Of a stretch of 64,000 nt of DNA, positions 29,701 through 38,775 are shown piece by piece; position 1 is the first letter of the stretch; every line of letters begins with the position of its first letter. A program made the translations under genes and the position numbers. Source of the DNA: an uncultured bacterium (GTDB lineage: Bacteria > Patescibacteriota > Minisyncoccia > Phycocordibacterales > DATDWN01); assembly GCA_903870365.1 (NCBI GenBank), contig CAIQCQ010000034.1, forward strand, positions 2,665-66,664, given 5' to 3'. Under the pieces are notes generated by a model. It ran no database searches and was not told the origin of the DNA. It saw nothing but the letters and a program-made list of their open reading frames with translations.

Positions 29701-29932
29701 TTGTTGTTGACTCGGTACTCTCTTGGTAGCAAAAACAAACAAATGAAAAATGAATCTGGATAGTAGGTTAGCAAACTTCACAGAAATAGTCAAGTGTCAA
29801 ATGCAGAAAAATCAATTTTCTTTTTTATATTTGAAAAATATGGCTTACAATATGGATGCTTTTGGATGGTGGAAAAAATAAGATTTTTTGAGAGTCTCTT
29901 TTTTTCACTTTTGACTTTACGGACTTTCGACT

Positions 29933-30961
29933 TTATAGACTACTCAAGTATTCCCGAATCACCCCCTCCACCTCCCCCGCATTATTACATTCCATCAGTC
30001 TCACCCGCAATTCCTTTGCCCCATCCCACCCATTCACATATGCTTTGAAATGTTTTTTCATCACCGAGAAATTTTTATATGCACACAATTCTTCAAATGC
30101 TTTGGTATGTTCAACCAATACCAATAATCGTTCTTCTGGGGTTCTACTTTTTCTATCACTTGCAAACAACCACGGGTTTCCAAAAATAGCACGGCCAAGC
30201 ATGGCACCGTCGGCCCCCGTTTCTGCACACAGTCTTTTTCCATGTTCAATATCGGTCACGTCGCCATTACCGAGTATCAAGGTTTTTGATTTTAGTTCAT
30301 CACGAATCTCCACTGCACGTTTGATATGTTCCCATCTAGCAGGTACTAATGACATTTCCTTTCGTGTTCGTGCATGTACCGTGATCGCTGCTGGCTCCGC
30401 AGATAATAGTATGGGTAACCATGTTTCAAGTTCATTCTTGTTGTATCCAATGCGAGTTTTAACAGAGACAGGGATCTCTTTCTCCTGCCATTCTTTAATT
30501 TCTTTTTCACTTGTATTTTCCTCTCTTAATTTTTCTATTTTTCTATTTTTATATTCTTCTATACCTCGCTGTGCAGCTTTAATAAGCTCGACAGCGAGAG
30601 GCGGATTTTTGATCAACCCCGCACCAGCACCCTGCTTCTCCACCGACTTATCTGGACAACCCATATTGATATCGATCCCATCAAAACCAAGCTCTACTGC
30701 AAGTTGTGCCGCGCGCTCCATCATATCTGGACGACTGGTGAAAAATTGTGCCACGATCGGTCGCTCACTTTCGGAATATGCAAGATCTTTGATGAGAGAA
30801 TCGTATCCACCCATAAACAGACCATCAGCCGACACAAACTCTGTCCACATCACGTCTGGTTTACCATACGTGGCAATGATACGTCGAAAAGCTGGATCAG
30901 TCACATCTGCCATGGGGGCTAACACAAGTATAGGGTGCTGTAATTTTTTCCAAAAACTCAT
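29933..30961 (-). CDS. dus: tRNA-dihydrouridine synthase
   Basis: VLAPMADVTD...DINMGCP... Confidence 0.85.
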   Translation of the reverse strand: MSFWKKLQHPILVLAPMADVTDPAFRRIIATYGKPDVMWTEFVSADGLFMGGYDSLIKDLAYSESERPIVAQFFTSRPDMMERAAQLAVELGFDGIDINMGCPDKSVEKQGAGAGLIKNPPLAVELIKAAQRGIEEYKNRKIEKLREENTSEKEIKEWQEKEIPVSVKTRIGYNKNELETWLPILLSAEPAAITVHARTRKEMSLVPARWEHIKRAVEIRDELKSKTLILGNGDVTDIEHGKRLCAETGADGAMLGRAIFGNPWLFASDRKSRTPEERLLVLVEHTKAFEELCAYKNFSVMKKHFKAYVNGWDGAKELRVRLMECNNAGEVEGVIREYLSSL

Positions 30962-31090
30962 ATCCGTTAGAGTAACTTAATTCATCCAGTAAGTCTAACG
31001 TGTAAATTTCTACCTCAGGAGTACCTGATGTGTAAGTGTTCCCTTATAATTAACCTAATTACTAATTTCTAAAGGAGACCGTTTAAAGAA

Positions 31091-31441
31091 CTAACATTTT
31101 TTATATATTGCATTGAATATAAGATTTAATTCTTTTGCTTCGGTCCAAAGTTTTCTTGCCTCTATTTTTACTTCTGGAACTGCAACAACAGACATTCGTA
31201 AAAAATGCTTTGTTTCTCTAGATTCTTTTTTACAAATACCTATTTTATGTTGAAAATCTTTCCGAGACTCAGCGTCATCAGCTTCACAATAGTTTGCACC
31301 CACACTTGTGCCGCATTTTACTAATTGATTTATAAGAGGTCGTGTAATTTCATTTTTTGGTAAATTTTTACAAAATATAATAATATCTTCACCAAATTTA
31401 GCAGTTCTTTCCTCTAGGTTAAAACGTGACGTACTATCCAT
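31091..31441 (-). CDS. four-helix-bundle protein (TIGR02436; 23S rRNA intervening-sequence protein family)
   Basis: KFGEDIIIFCKNLPK...GTSVGANYCEA...KDFQHKIGICKKESRETKHFLRM. Confidence 0.8.
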   Translation of the reverse strand: MDSTSRFNLEERTAKFGEDIIIFCKNLPKNEITRPLINQLVKCGTSVGANYCEADDAESRKDFQHKIGICKKESRETKHFLRMSVVAVPEVKIEARKLWTEAKELNLIFNAIYKKC

Positions 31442-31477
31442 TTGAATTTTTAGAAATTAGAAATTAGAAATTTTTTC

Positions 31478-32335
31478 TCATCTCACTTTGTAATATACTT
31501 TATTACCGTATCGTAGATCAATATAATCGACAAGTAACTCTCCATCTTTTTCTGGCACAAGATTTGCTGTCTGTAACAACTTTTGCAGATTAGATGCCGT
31601 TTCAGCGAGTGGAGACTTGGCATCAAAAATAATATAGCCACCACCGTACAAATACATTTCAAAATCATCCTGTGTAGTCGCTACTATATATAGTGGGGTG
31701 ATATTGAGGGCCTTCACGGCTTCAACAAATTGCGACAATTGTCCAAAGGTATCTGATGATGACAAATATGATGAACCAATAGCTGATTCAAATGGCACCA
31801 ACCCATAATATTTAAAATAAGCATCACCAGAAAAGTCTGGGGCTTGAGAAAAAACAAAACCTGTCTTGTCGAGGAAATAACACTGTGGGGCTATAGTCGG
31901 GTCGGTACTCGAAGCAATTTGTTCCGGAGAGAGATTGCACCACAAAGCAGATGGTTGGCGTTCGGTCACAGTCACGCCGATAGTATGATAATTAACCAAA
32001 CTCACAGAGACAGTCTGTATGCGTGGAAATTGCTGTTGGAGAAAAATAGTCAGGCCTTTTCGTGGGTACAATAGCGCATTTTTCTTGCTCAAGACATATA
32101 TATAGTTACCCGAAATATACTGCGAGACAGACTGTTTAATTTGGTCAGGTGACAAGATGACTGTACCAGTCACCTGAACCATATCAATGGATACTTTTGA
32201 CCAGTGAGTTAGGCCAGCAAAGCCAGCAATGAGTATCACGAGTACCACACACCAGAAAGAAACATGTTGAATAAGACGCTTTTTCTTTTTCTCCAAATAA
32301 TCAGGGTTATGATACGTTTGTGATTTTTGAATCAT
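31478..32335 (-). CDS. putative cell division protein FtsQ/DivIB-like (TM plus POTRA-like)
   Basis: N-terminal TM and overall size/architecture; weak. Confidence 0.35.
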   Translation of the reverse strand: MIQKSQTYHNPDYLEKKKKRLIQHVSFWCVVLVILIAGFAGLTHWSKVSIDMVQVTGTVILSPDQIKQSVSQYISGNYIYVLSKKNALLYPRKGLTIFLQQQFPRIQTVSVSLVNYHTIGVTVTERQPSALWCNLSPEQIASSTDPTIAPQCYFLDKTGFVFSQAPDFSGDAYFKYYGLVPFESAIGSSYLSSSDTFGQLSQFVEAVKALNITPLYIVATTQDDFEMYLYGGGYIIFDAKSPLAETASNLQKLLQTANLVPEKDGELLVDYIDLRYGNKVYYKVR

Positions 32336-32433
32336 CCCGTTAGAGTTTTATTGAGGGTCTTCTAATAATCAAATAGTCTACGTGCCAAGAATATATCCAT
32401 ATCATAACAAACTATAGCTAAAACTCTAACGGG
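32336..32433 (-). mobile_element. MITE-like 98-nt element, copy 3, inserted at the start codon of the ftsQ-like gene
   Basis: Perfect 15-bp TIRs; 5-bp direct repeat ATGAT on both sides. Confidence 0.75.
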
Positions 32434-32507
32434 ATCATCTGCTTATTGTATCAAAAATCTCTACTTTCGTAGAGATTTTTGTACTTTCTTCTTCGTAATT
32501 CTTACTT

Positions 32508-33812
32508 CTAGTTTCTTTTTTCTATCTTTGTCTGTCCACCCATATATGGCACGAGCGCGTCAGGGATTTTGATTGAACCATCTGATTGCTGGTAGTTTTC
32601 CATAATCATGATCAGCGGTCGACCAGACAATGCAGTGTTGTTCAGAGAGTGTACAAATTTTAACTTTCCGTCATCATCTCGATAGCGAATATTCAATCGA
32701 CGTGTTTGGAAATCATGAAAATATGACGCTGAGCCAGTCTCTCTGTATGCATTCTCAGATGGCAACCAGACTTCGATATCATATTTTTTGACTTGGCCGA
32801 GACCAAGGTCACCACCACAATTGACCACCACGTGATATGGCAAACCAAGAGCTTCGGTAATCTCCTCAGTATTTCTCTGCACTTCTTCGTGATAGGTGAC
32901 TGACTCAGTATGTGAAGCTTCACACAAGACAACTTGTTCTAGTTTATAAAATTCATGCACACGCAAAATACCACGGGTATCCTTGCCATGACTACCTGCT
33001 TCACGCCGAAAGGCAGATGAAAACGACAGCATCTTTAATGGTAAATCTTTCTTATCCAAAATTTCATCCATATAATATCCCATGGTCGCTACCTCTGCAG
33101 TACCTGACAAATACTCACCGTCCTGTGTTTTATACAAATCATCTTCACCTTGTGGAATATAGCCAGTCCCGAGCAACAATTCGCGTTTTAACAAACTGGG
33201 CACAATCATTGGATTCCATTGTACTGTCCGTTCTGATCCTTCGGAAACGGTTGCACTTTTTTTATGAAAAAAATCTTGGACAAACTGCCACAATGCAAAC
33301 TCTAATCGAACAGCGTCACCTTTCAAAAAATAGCCACGAAAACCGGCAACCTTTGTACCACGTTCGAGGTCGAGCATTCCCAAGTTAGTCATCAACTCAA
33401 TATGATCCTTTGGCGTAAAATCAAATTTCGGAATCGTCCCCCATGTTTTGATTTCCATATTTTCACTATCGTCCACTCCATCTGGTACAGACATATCTGG
33501 TACGTTTGGCACAGCAATCATCAATGTCTGCCATTCTTTCATCACATCTTTCAATGTCTCTTCTTGTTTTTGTAGTGTTTCCTTGAGCAACTTCATCTCT
33601 TCGAGCAAGATACCCCGACGACTTTCGTCTGCTGTGGGGATCTCCTTACTGACCTCGTTTTGTCGGGCACGTGCAGTCTCCACACTGGCCATGAGCTCAC
33701 GGCGTTTGTCGTCTACTGCAATGAGGGCTTCGACGTCAAAATCAATGTGCTTTTTCTTGGCACCTAGGGCAACAATATCTTTGTTCTCGCGGATGAATTT
33801 AATGTCGAGCAT
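32508..33812 (-). CDS. serS: seryl-tRNA synthetase
   Basis: N-terminal coiled coil; class II motifs (FRREAGSHGKDTRGILRVHEF...GSASYFHDFQTRR). Confidence 0.9.
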   Translation of the reverse strand: MLDIKFIRENKDIVALGAKKKHIDFDVEALIAVDDKRRELMASVETARARQNEVSKEIPTADESRRGILLEEMKLLKETLQKQEETLKDVMKEWQTLMIAVPNVPDMSVPDGVDDSENMEIKTWGTIPKFDFTPKDHIELMTNLGMLDLERGTKVAGFRGYFLKGDAVRLEFALWQFVQDFFHKKSATVSEGSERTVQWNPMIVPSLLKRELLLGTGYIPQGEDDLYKTQDGEYLSGTAEVATMGYYMDEILDKKDLPLKMLSFSSAFRREAGSHGKDTRGILRVHEFYKLEQVVLCEASHTESVTYHEEVQRNTEEITEALGLPYHVVVNCGGDLGLGQVKKYDIEVWLPSENAYRETGSASYFHDFQTRRLNIRYRDDDGKLKFVHSLNNTALSGRPLIMIMENYQQSDGSIKIPDALVPYMGGQTKIEKRN

Positions 33813-33841
33813 TGTGTATGTATAGTAACAATAAAATTAAC

Positions 33842-33877
33842 AAAAGAAAATCGGCTAGCGTCCAAAGACAGCTAGCC
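33842..33877 (-). promoter_or_regulatory. terminator-type hairpin in the serS 5' leader (candidate attenuator / T-box-like leader)
   Basis: CGGCTAGC-loop-GCTAGCCG followed by ATTTTCTTTT on the minus strand, ~35 nt upstream of the serS ATG; no upstream co-directional gene. Confidence 0.4.
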
Positions 33878-34001
33878 GGAGGAGTTGGTCTCTTGAGCAA
33901 AGCTCATTGTAGGCGTCCCACAAACGCCTCGTTCTTCGGTCTCCATAGACCTACACCAAACGTTGCTCATATAGTAATAAAAGCTGTATTATTAGTCAAA
34001 C

Positions 34002-34889
34002 ATGATCGACAAGACTATTCGCACAGTCAAAACTACTGACTTTTCCCCACTCCTGGCAGAGATCTACCACTGTCCAGAAACTTTTCGCATGCAAGGCACT
34101 TTTCCAGTTGACGAAAATGGTGATGTGAAATACCTGACCGTCGTCGGCTCACGCAAATACAGCGACTACGGCAAAGCGGTCTGTGAATACCTTATTACTG
34201 GGTTGCGTGGATATCCTATCGTAGTCATCTCTGGCCTCGCACTTGGTATGGATGGTATTGCACTCCGTTCAGCACTGAACGCTGGTTTGAAAACCGTGGC
34301 TGTACCTGGATCAGGACTGTCTGACATGGCCATACACCCAAAAACAAACATTGGTATACGGGATGCAATATTGAACGCCGGTGGGTGCATCCTCTCAGAA
34401 TTCCCCGATGATTTTCGTGCGACACTCTACAGCTTTCCCCAACGCAATCGCATCATGGCGGGTCTGGCTCATGCCACACTGATCATCGAAGCAGAAATTA
34501 AATCAGGCACACTGATCACTTCAAAATACGCCACCGAATACAACCGCGATGTGTTTACCGTGCCACACCCCATTTTTTCGAGCACCTCCGAAGGTCCACA
34601 TATGCTCCTCCGTCTCGGCGCCACACCGATCACCAAGCCAGAAGATATTTTAGATGCCTTTGGTTTTGCGCCGCGCGAAGGATTGTTCGGCGGTAATAAT
34701 TCTTTGCGTGACTACAGTGACTGTTCCGAAGATGAACTGCTCGTGGTCAACCTCCTGACCCAGCCACTCGAGCGGGATACTATTATACGGGAGTTGGGCA
34801 AGCCAGTACATGTGACTCAGGCAATATTGTCGATCATGGAGATTAAGGGACTTATCAAGGAAGAGCTCGGCGAAATACGCCTCGTGTAA
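34002..34889 (+). CDS. dprA: DNA processing protein DprA (Smf)
   Basis: Rossmann DprA core (VVISGLALGMDGIALRSAL...). Confidence 0.85.
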   Translation: MIDKTIRTVKTTDFSPLLAEIYHCPETFRMQGTFPVDENGDVKYLTVVGSRKYSDYGKAVCEYLITGLRGYPIVVISGLALGMDGIALRSALNAGLKTVAVPGSGLSDMAIHPKTNIGIRDAILNAGGCILSEFPDDFRATLYSFPQRNRIMAGLAHATLIIEAEIKSGTLITSKYATEYNRDVFTVPHPIFSSTSEGPHMLLRLGATPITKPEDILDAFGFAPREGLFGGNNSLRDYSDCSEDELLVVNLLTQPLERDTIIRELGKPVHVTQAILSIMEIKGLIKEELGEIRLV

Positions 34890-34985
34890 TTACTAATTGA
34901 CCTAATTATTCTAATTTCTAAAGAATTTTGATATACTTGACATATCAATAAAAATACAATACATTATTCTCTAGGAGAAAACTTT

Positions 34986-35180
34986 GTGCAAACAATTGTA
35001 GTCAAACGACATCCAAACGGAAGGGTTAAGACAATCCATATGCAATCAGAAAACCCTGACGAACACACTACCCTTTCGGAAATTCACGTGCAGTTAGCAA
35101 ATCGTTGCTTCGGAGATCATCCCAGCATCAAGTCTACAGATTTTTCTCAGGGAAAAATCACACTTGAGATCGACGCTTGA
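34986..35180 (+). CDS. hypothetical small protein
   Basis: 64-aa ORF followed by a terminator hairpin at 35219-35250. Confidence 0.35.
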   Translation: MQTIVVKRHPNGRVKTIHMQSENPDEHTTLSEIHVQLANRCFGDHPSIKSTDFSQGKITLEIDA

Positions 35181-35270
35181 AAATACTTTGCCACTAATCA
35201 ATCCCGCCACCACGGCAACGGAAATCCGTTCGCTTCGGTGTGCGGATTTTTTGTATTAATTAATTTTTCT

Positions 35271-35298
35271 GTCATTCCCGCGAAAGCGGGGATCCAGG
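35271..35298 (-). repeat. REP-like unit (GTCATTCCCGCGAAAGCGGGGATCCAGG)
   Basis: Same family. Confidence 0.8.
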
Positions 35299-35325
35299 AT
35301 GTAAAGATGAATATGATTGGATACA

Positions 35326-35355
35326 CTGGATTCCCGTCTGCACGGGAATGACGGG
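35326..35355 (+). repeat. REP-like unit, identical to the 4318 copy
   Basis: Same family. Confidence 0.8.
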
Positions 35356-35461
35356 AAAAAATATTTAGAAATTAGAAATTAGTAATTAGGAATTTTTTAA
35401 ATAAAAAAATATCACTTATTTGCAAAAAGTTTAAAATACGGTAATACTAGACGAATATGAT

Positions 35462-35559
35462 CCCGTTAGAGTTTTTATACGACTCAGTACGGGCAAATAA
35501 CGTTTTTCATAAAATGAACAACTTGTAAGCACATACTTTAATCAAAAAACTCTAACGGG
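35462..35559 (+). mobile_element. MITE-like 98-nt element, copy 5 (divergent interior), inserted at the topA start codon
   Basis: TIR CCCGTTAGAGTTTTT...AAAAACTCTAACGGG; flanks ATGAT / ATGAA. Confidence 0.7.
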
Positions 35560-37818
35560 ATGAAAAAATTACTAATAGTAGAAAGTCCAGCCAAAGCCAA
35601 AACCATTTCAAAATATTTGAGTGGTGAAAAGGACACATACACCGTCGTCGCATCTGTCGGACACGTACGTGATCTTCCAAAGTCAAACAAAAAAGCCATC
35701 GATGTGGCTGCTGGTTTTGTGCCTCACTATGAAATTTCCAAAGGTAAAGAAAAAGTAATTGATGAGATATCTGCCCTGGCAAAAAAATCTGATGAAGTCC
35801 TGCTGGCGACCGACCCCGACCGTGAAGGTGAAGCCATCGCGTGGCATATCGCTGAGCTCTTGAAGAGCTCAGCGAAGTCAAAAGTCAAAAGTCAAAAGTC
35901 GAAAGAAAATACAGGACCAAAGATACAGAGAGTGACATATCATGAGATCACCAAAGAAGCCATCGAGGAAGCACTCAAACACCCTCGAGCCATTGACCAA
36001 AACTTGCGCAAAGCCCAAGAAGCTCGGCGTGTGCTCGACCGACTGGTGGGCTACGACCTCTCTGGTATCATTTGGAAAAAAGTGCGCTACGGTCTGTCTG
36101 CTGGCCGTGTCCAGTCCCCTGCGTTGCGTATCATCATGGAACGCGAGCGAGAAATACGTGCCTTCACCTCACACGCCTTTTGGGTCATTACTGCTGACGT
36201 GGCCAACAAAGACACATTCAAATTTGTCGTCACCTGCGAAGAAGAACCGACTGATCAGAAAAAAGTTGATGCCATCCTAGCCACAGGGAAAAAAGAAAAC
36301 TGGACCGTGACTGATATCAAAGCAACTGAAGTCAAGAAAACACCTCGTGCACCGTTTATCACTTCGACACTCCAGCAGACTGCATCGACACGACTTGGCT
36401 TTGCACCATCACGTACCATGGGTATTGCGCAAAAGTTATACGAAGCTGGACACATTACCTACATGCGTACTGATTCGACTACCCTTTCCAAAACTGCCCT
36501 TGCAGAAATCTCTACCGTCATCGAAAAAAAATTTGGTAAAGAATATCTCCAGCTCCATACTTTTACGACCAAATCAAAAAATGCACAGGAAGCTCATGAA
36601 GCCATCCGTCCAACACATGTGACACTGACAAGCGCCGGTAAAAATGATGATGAGAAAAAACTCTATGACTTGATCTGGGCTCGCACTGTGGCATCACAAA
36701 TGAAAGACGCAAATACACTGCGTACAAAAATTCTCGTCCAAGTTGGTGACGGCAAGATCAGTCCTGATTTTTCTGTTAACGGTTCACGAGTATTGTTTGA
36801 CGGCTGGATGGCCTCTGACCCGATGTCACGCACAGACGATATTGAAGTCCCAAAAGTCGAACTCAACGAGAAATTAAATTTTCATGATATCCATGCGCTC
36901 GAAAAGCAAACTGAACCACCGGGTCGCTACAGTGAAGCAGGTTTGATCAAAGAACTTGAAAAACGTGGCATTGGCCGACCGAGTACATATGCATCCATCC
37001 TCCGTACCATCGAAGAGCGTGGATATGTGGACAAGGTCAACAAAGCTCTGGTGCCGACAGACACTGGTGATGTAGTCTCGTCGTTCCTCGAAGACAACTT
37101 CGCTGACTACATTAGTGATACCTTTACTGCCGAAATGGAAGACAAGCTCGACCTCATTGCTGAGGGTAAACAAGAATACGAAAAAATCCTCAAAGATTTC
37201 TATACACCGTTTAGCAAAGAGGTAAAAATTAAAGACAAGCTCGACAAAGCCACCAACATGGGTGTAGCTGATCCAAAATTTACATGTCCGATCTGTGGCG
37301 AATCCATGATCATCAAACTTTCTCGTTCTGGGAAATTTCTTTCTTGTTCAACATACCCAGACTGTGATGGAGCACTCGATATGGAAGGTCGCGAGATCAA
37401 GAAAAATGAACCGATTGGTATTGATCCGACAACAGGTCTGCAGATTTTTATGATGGACGGTAAATATGGTCCATATGTTCAACTTGGCGAACGAGCAAAA
37501 GGTAAGGGTTCAAAGAAAGCGGTTAAACCACGCATGGCTGGCGTACCAAAAACAAAAGATCCAAACACCGTGACACTGACTGATGCCCTTCTCTACTTGT
37601 CATTACCAAAAGTCCTCGGTGTACACCCAGTCACTGGCCTGCCCATCACTGCCAACATTGGTATGTTTGGTCCATATGTCGTTCATGATAAAGATTTCAG
37701 ATCGCTCAAAGTGGATGATGTATATACGATCGAGCTTCCTCGGGCACTAGAAATCTTTGCCGAAGAAAAAAAAGTAGGACGACGTGGTCGATTTGCAAAA
37801 AAGAAGAAAGAAGAGTAA
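35560..37818 (+). CDS. topA: DNA topoisomerase I
   Basis: TOPRIM, catalytic Tyr region, C4 zinc ribbon CPICGESM; a hexanucleotide SSR at 35877-35900 encodes KSKVKSQKSK. Confidence 0.9.
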   Translation: MKKLLIVESPAKAKTISKYLSGEKDTYTVVASVGHVRDLPKSNKKAIDVAAGFVPHYEISKGKEKVIDEISALAKKSDEVLLATDPDREGEAIAWHIAELLKSSAKSKVKSQKSKENTGPKIQRVTYHEITKEAIEEALKHPRAIDQNLRKAQEARRVLDRLVGYDLSGIIWKKVRYGLSAGRVQSPALRIIMEREREIRAFTSHAFWVITADVANKDTFKFVVTCEEEPTDQKKVDAILATGKKENWTVTDIKATEVKKTPRAPFITSTLQQTASTRLGFAPSRTMGIAQKLYEAGHITYMRTDSTTLSKTALAEISTVIEKKFGKEYLQLHTFTTKSKNAQEAHEAIRPTHVTLTSAGKNDDEKKLYDLIWARTVASQMKDANTLRTKILVQVGDGKISPDFSVNGSRVLFDGWMASDPMSRTDDIEVPKVELNEKLNFHDIHALEKQTEPPGRYSEAGLIKELEKRGIGRPSTYASILRTIEERGYVDKVNKALVPTDTGDVVSSFLEDNFADYISDTFTAEMEDKLDLIAEGKQEYEKILKDFYTPFSKEVKIKDKLDKATNMGVADPKFTCPICGESMIIKLSRSGKFLSCSTYPDCDGALDMEGREIKKNEPIGIDPTTGLQIFMMDGKYGPYVQLGERAKGKGSKKAVKPRMAGVPKTKDPNTVTLTDALLYLSLPKVLGVHPVTGLPITANIGMFGPYVVHDKDFRSLKVDDVYTIELPRALEIFAEEKKVGRRGRFAKKKKEE

Positions 37819-37839
37819 ATTTTTTGCAGGAGGAATTTT

Positions 37840-37998
37840 ATGGCATGTCAAAGTTGCGGTGGAAATCAATTTGATAAAAATGGTAACTGTGTACGATGTC
37901 CACTTGGACCCATAGTTGGTCCAGGACTCCGAGCTGATCAGTGGGATATAGATGAATTTGTCCCTGACATCCGAGAACTCTTTGACGCAATAGACTAA
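37840..37998 (+). CDS. small zinc-ribbon protein (52 aa)
   Basis: Unlisted ORF MACQSCGGNQFDKNGNCVRCPLGP...; GGAGG SD 7 nt upstream; terminator at 38001-38038. Confidence 0.5.
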   Translation: MACQSCGGNQFDKNGNCVRCPLGPIVGPGLRADQWDIDEFVPDIRELFDAID

Positions 37999-38000
37999 CA

Positions 38001-38038
38001 AAAAGCCACGATGCAAATCGTGGCTTTGTATTTTTGTT
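38001..38038 (+). terminator. rho-independent terminator
   Basis: GCCACGAT-gcaaa-TCGTGGC followed by TTTGTATTTTT. Confidence 0.7.
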
Positions 38039-38054
38039 AATTTCTGAAACGGTT

Positions 38055-38115
38055 GATTCAGGATTCCTAGCAGCAGAGGAAAGCTCACTACGGGACAAGC
38101 AAAATTGGAATGAAA
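38055..38115 (+). repeat. REP-like unit with a long central hairpin
   Basis: Paralog of 2123-2185. Confidence 0.7.
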
Positions 38116-38128
38116 TAAACACAAATAC

Positions 38129-38698
38129 TTGACAACTTTTTTAGAATATGTAAATATCTCCAGCGGAGAACAGCACATGCTCTATAAAAACTGGAAAGAA
38201 ATCTGCAAGATCGAAAATGCATACTTCCTTCTTGCAGTAGCACTCGCAACTGATATCAAATTCCTTGGCGACCTCGCCATTGGATTTCCTCACCTATTCA
38301 CCGACATCAAACCGGAACACCCGGGACCGTTTCCACTCTCCTTCCTCCGGAAGATTGCAGATTCTGCTCAGGATATTCATAGTCTAGATGAAATTTTTCT
38401 TGAATATGGACTTCCGGCAATTCCGTACGCTCACAGGGAGTCATTTTACTTCCGCACAATGGAAGAAAGGGATGAAAAGCCTGTACTTTGGATGGGTAGT
38501 GCCATGTCTCAAGAAGAGTACAACGTGTGGTCAGAAAAATACACAGCGGCATATCCTCTTTTCCCGTATACCCTGGAAACACTTACGATCGACGATGTTA
38601 ATTACTACGTCGGTTATGTCAATACAAACGGTCCAGACGTTGATGAGCTCAAGGATATGTACCTCTACCCTACCGACCTCGTCGACGTGAATACGTAG
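38129..38698 (+). CDS. hypothetical protein
   Basis: 189-aa ORF; terminator at 38722-38752. Confidence 0.45.
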   Translation: MTTFLEYVNISSGEQHMLYKNWKEICKIENAYFLLAVALATDIKFLGDLAIGFPHLFTDIKPEHPGPFPLSFLRKIADSAQDIHSLDEIFLEYGLPAIPYAHRESFYFRTMEERDEKPVLWMGSAMSQEEYNVWSEKYTAAYPLFPYTLETLTIDDVNYYVGYVNTNGPDVDELKDMYLYPTDLVDVNT

Positions 38699-38775
38699 AC
38701 CGGATCAGTTCACAGACGAACAACGGCCCCGAAATCGGGGCCGTTTATTTTTATACAAAATTAGTTTGCACCAGA

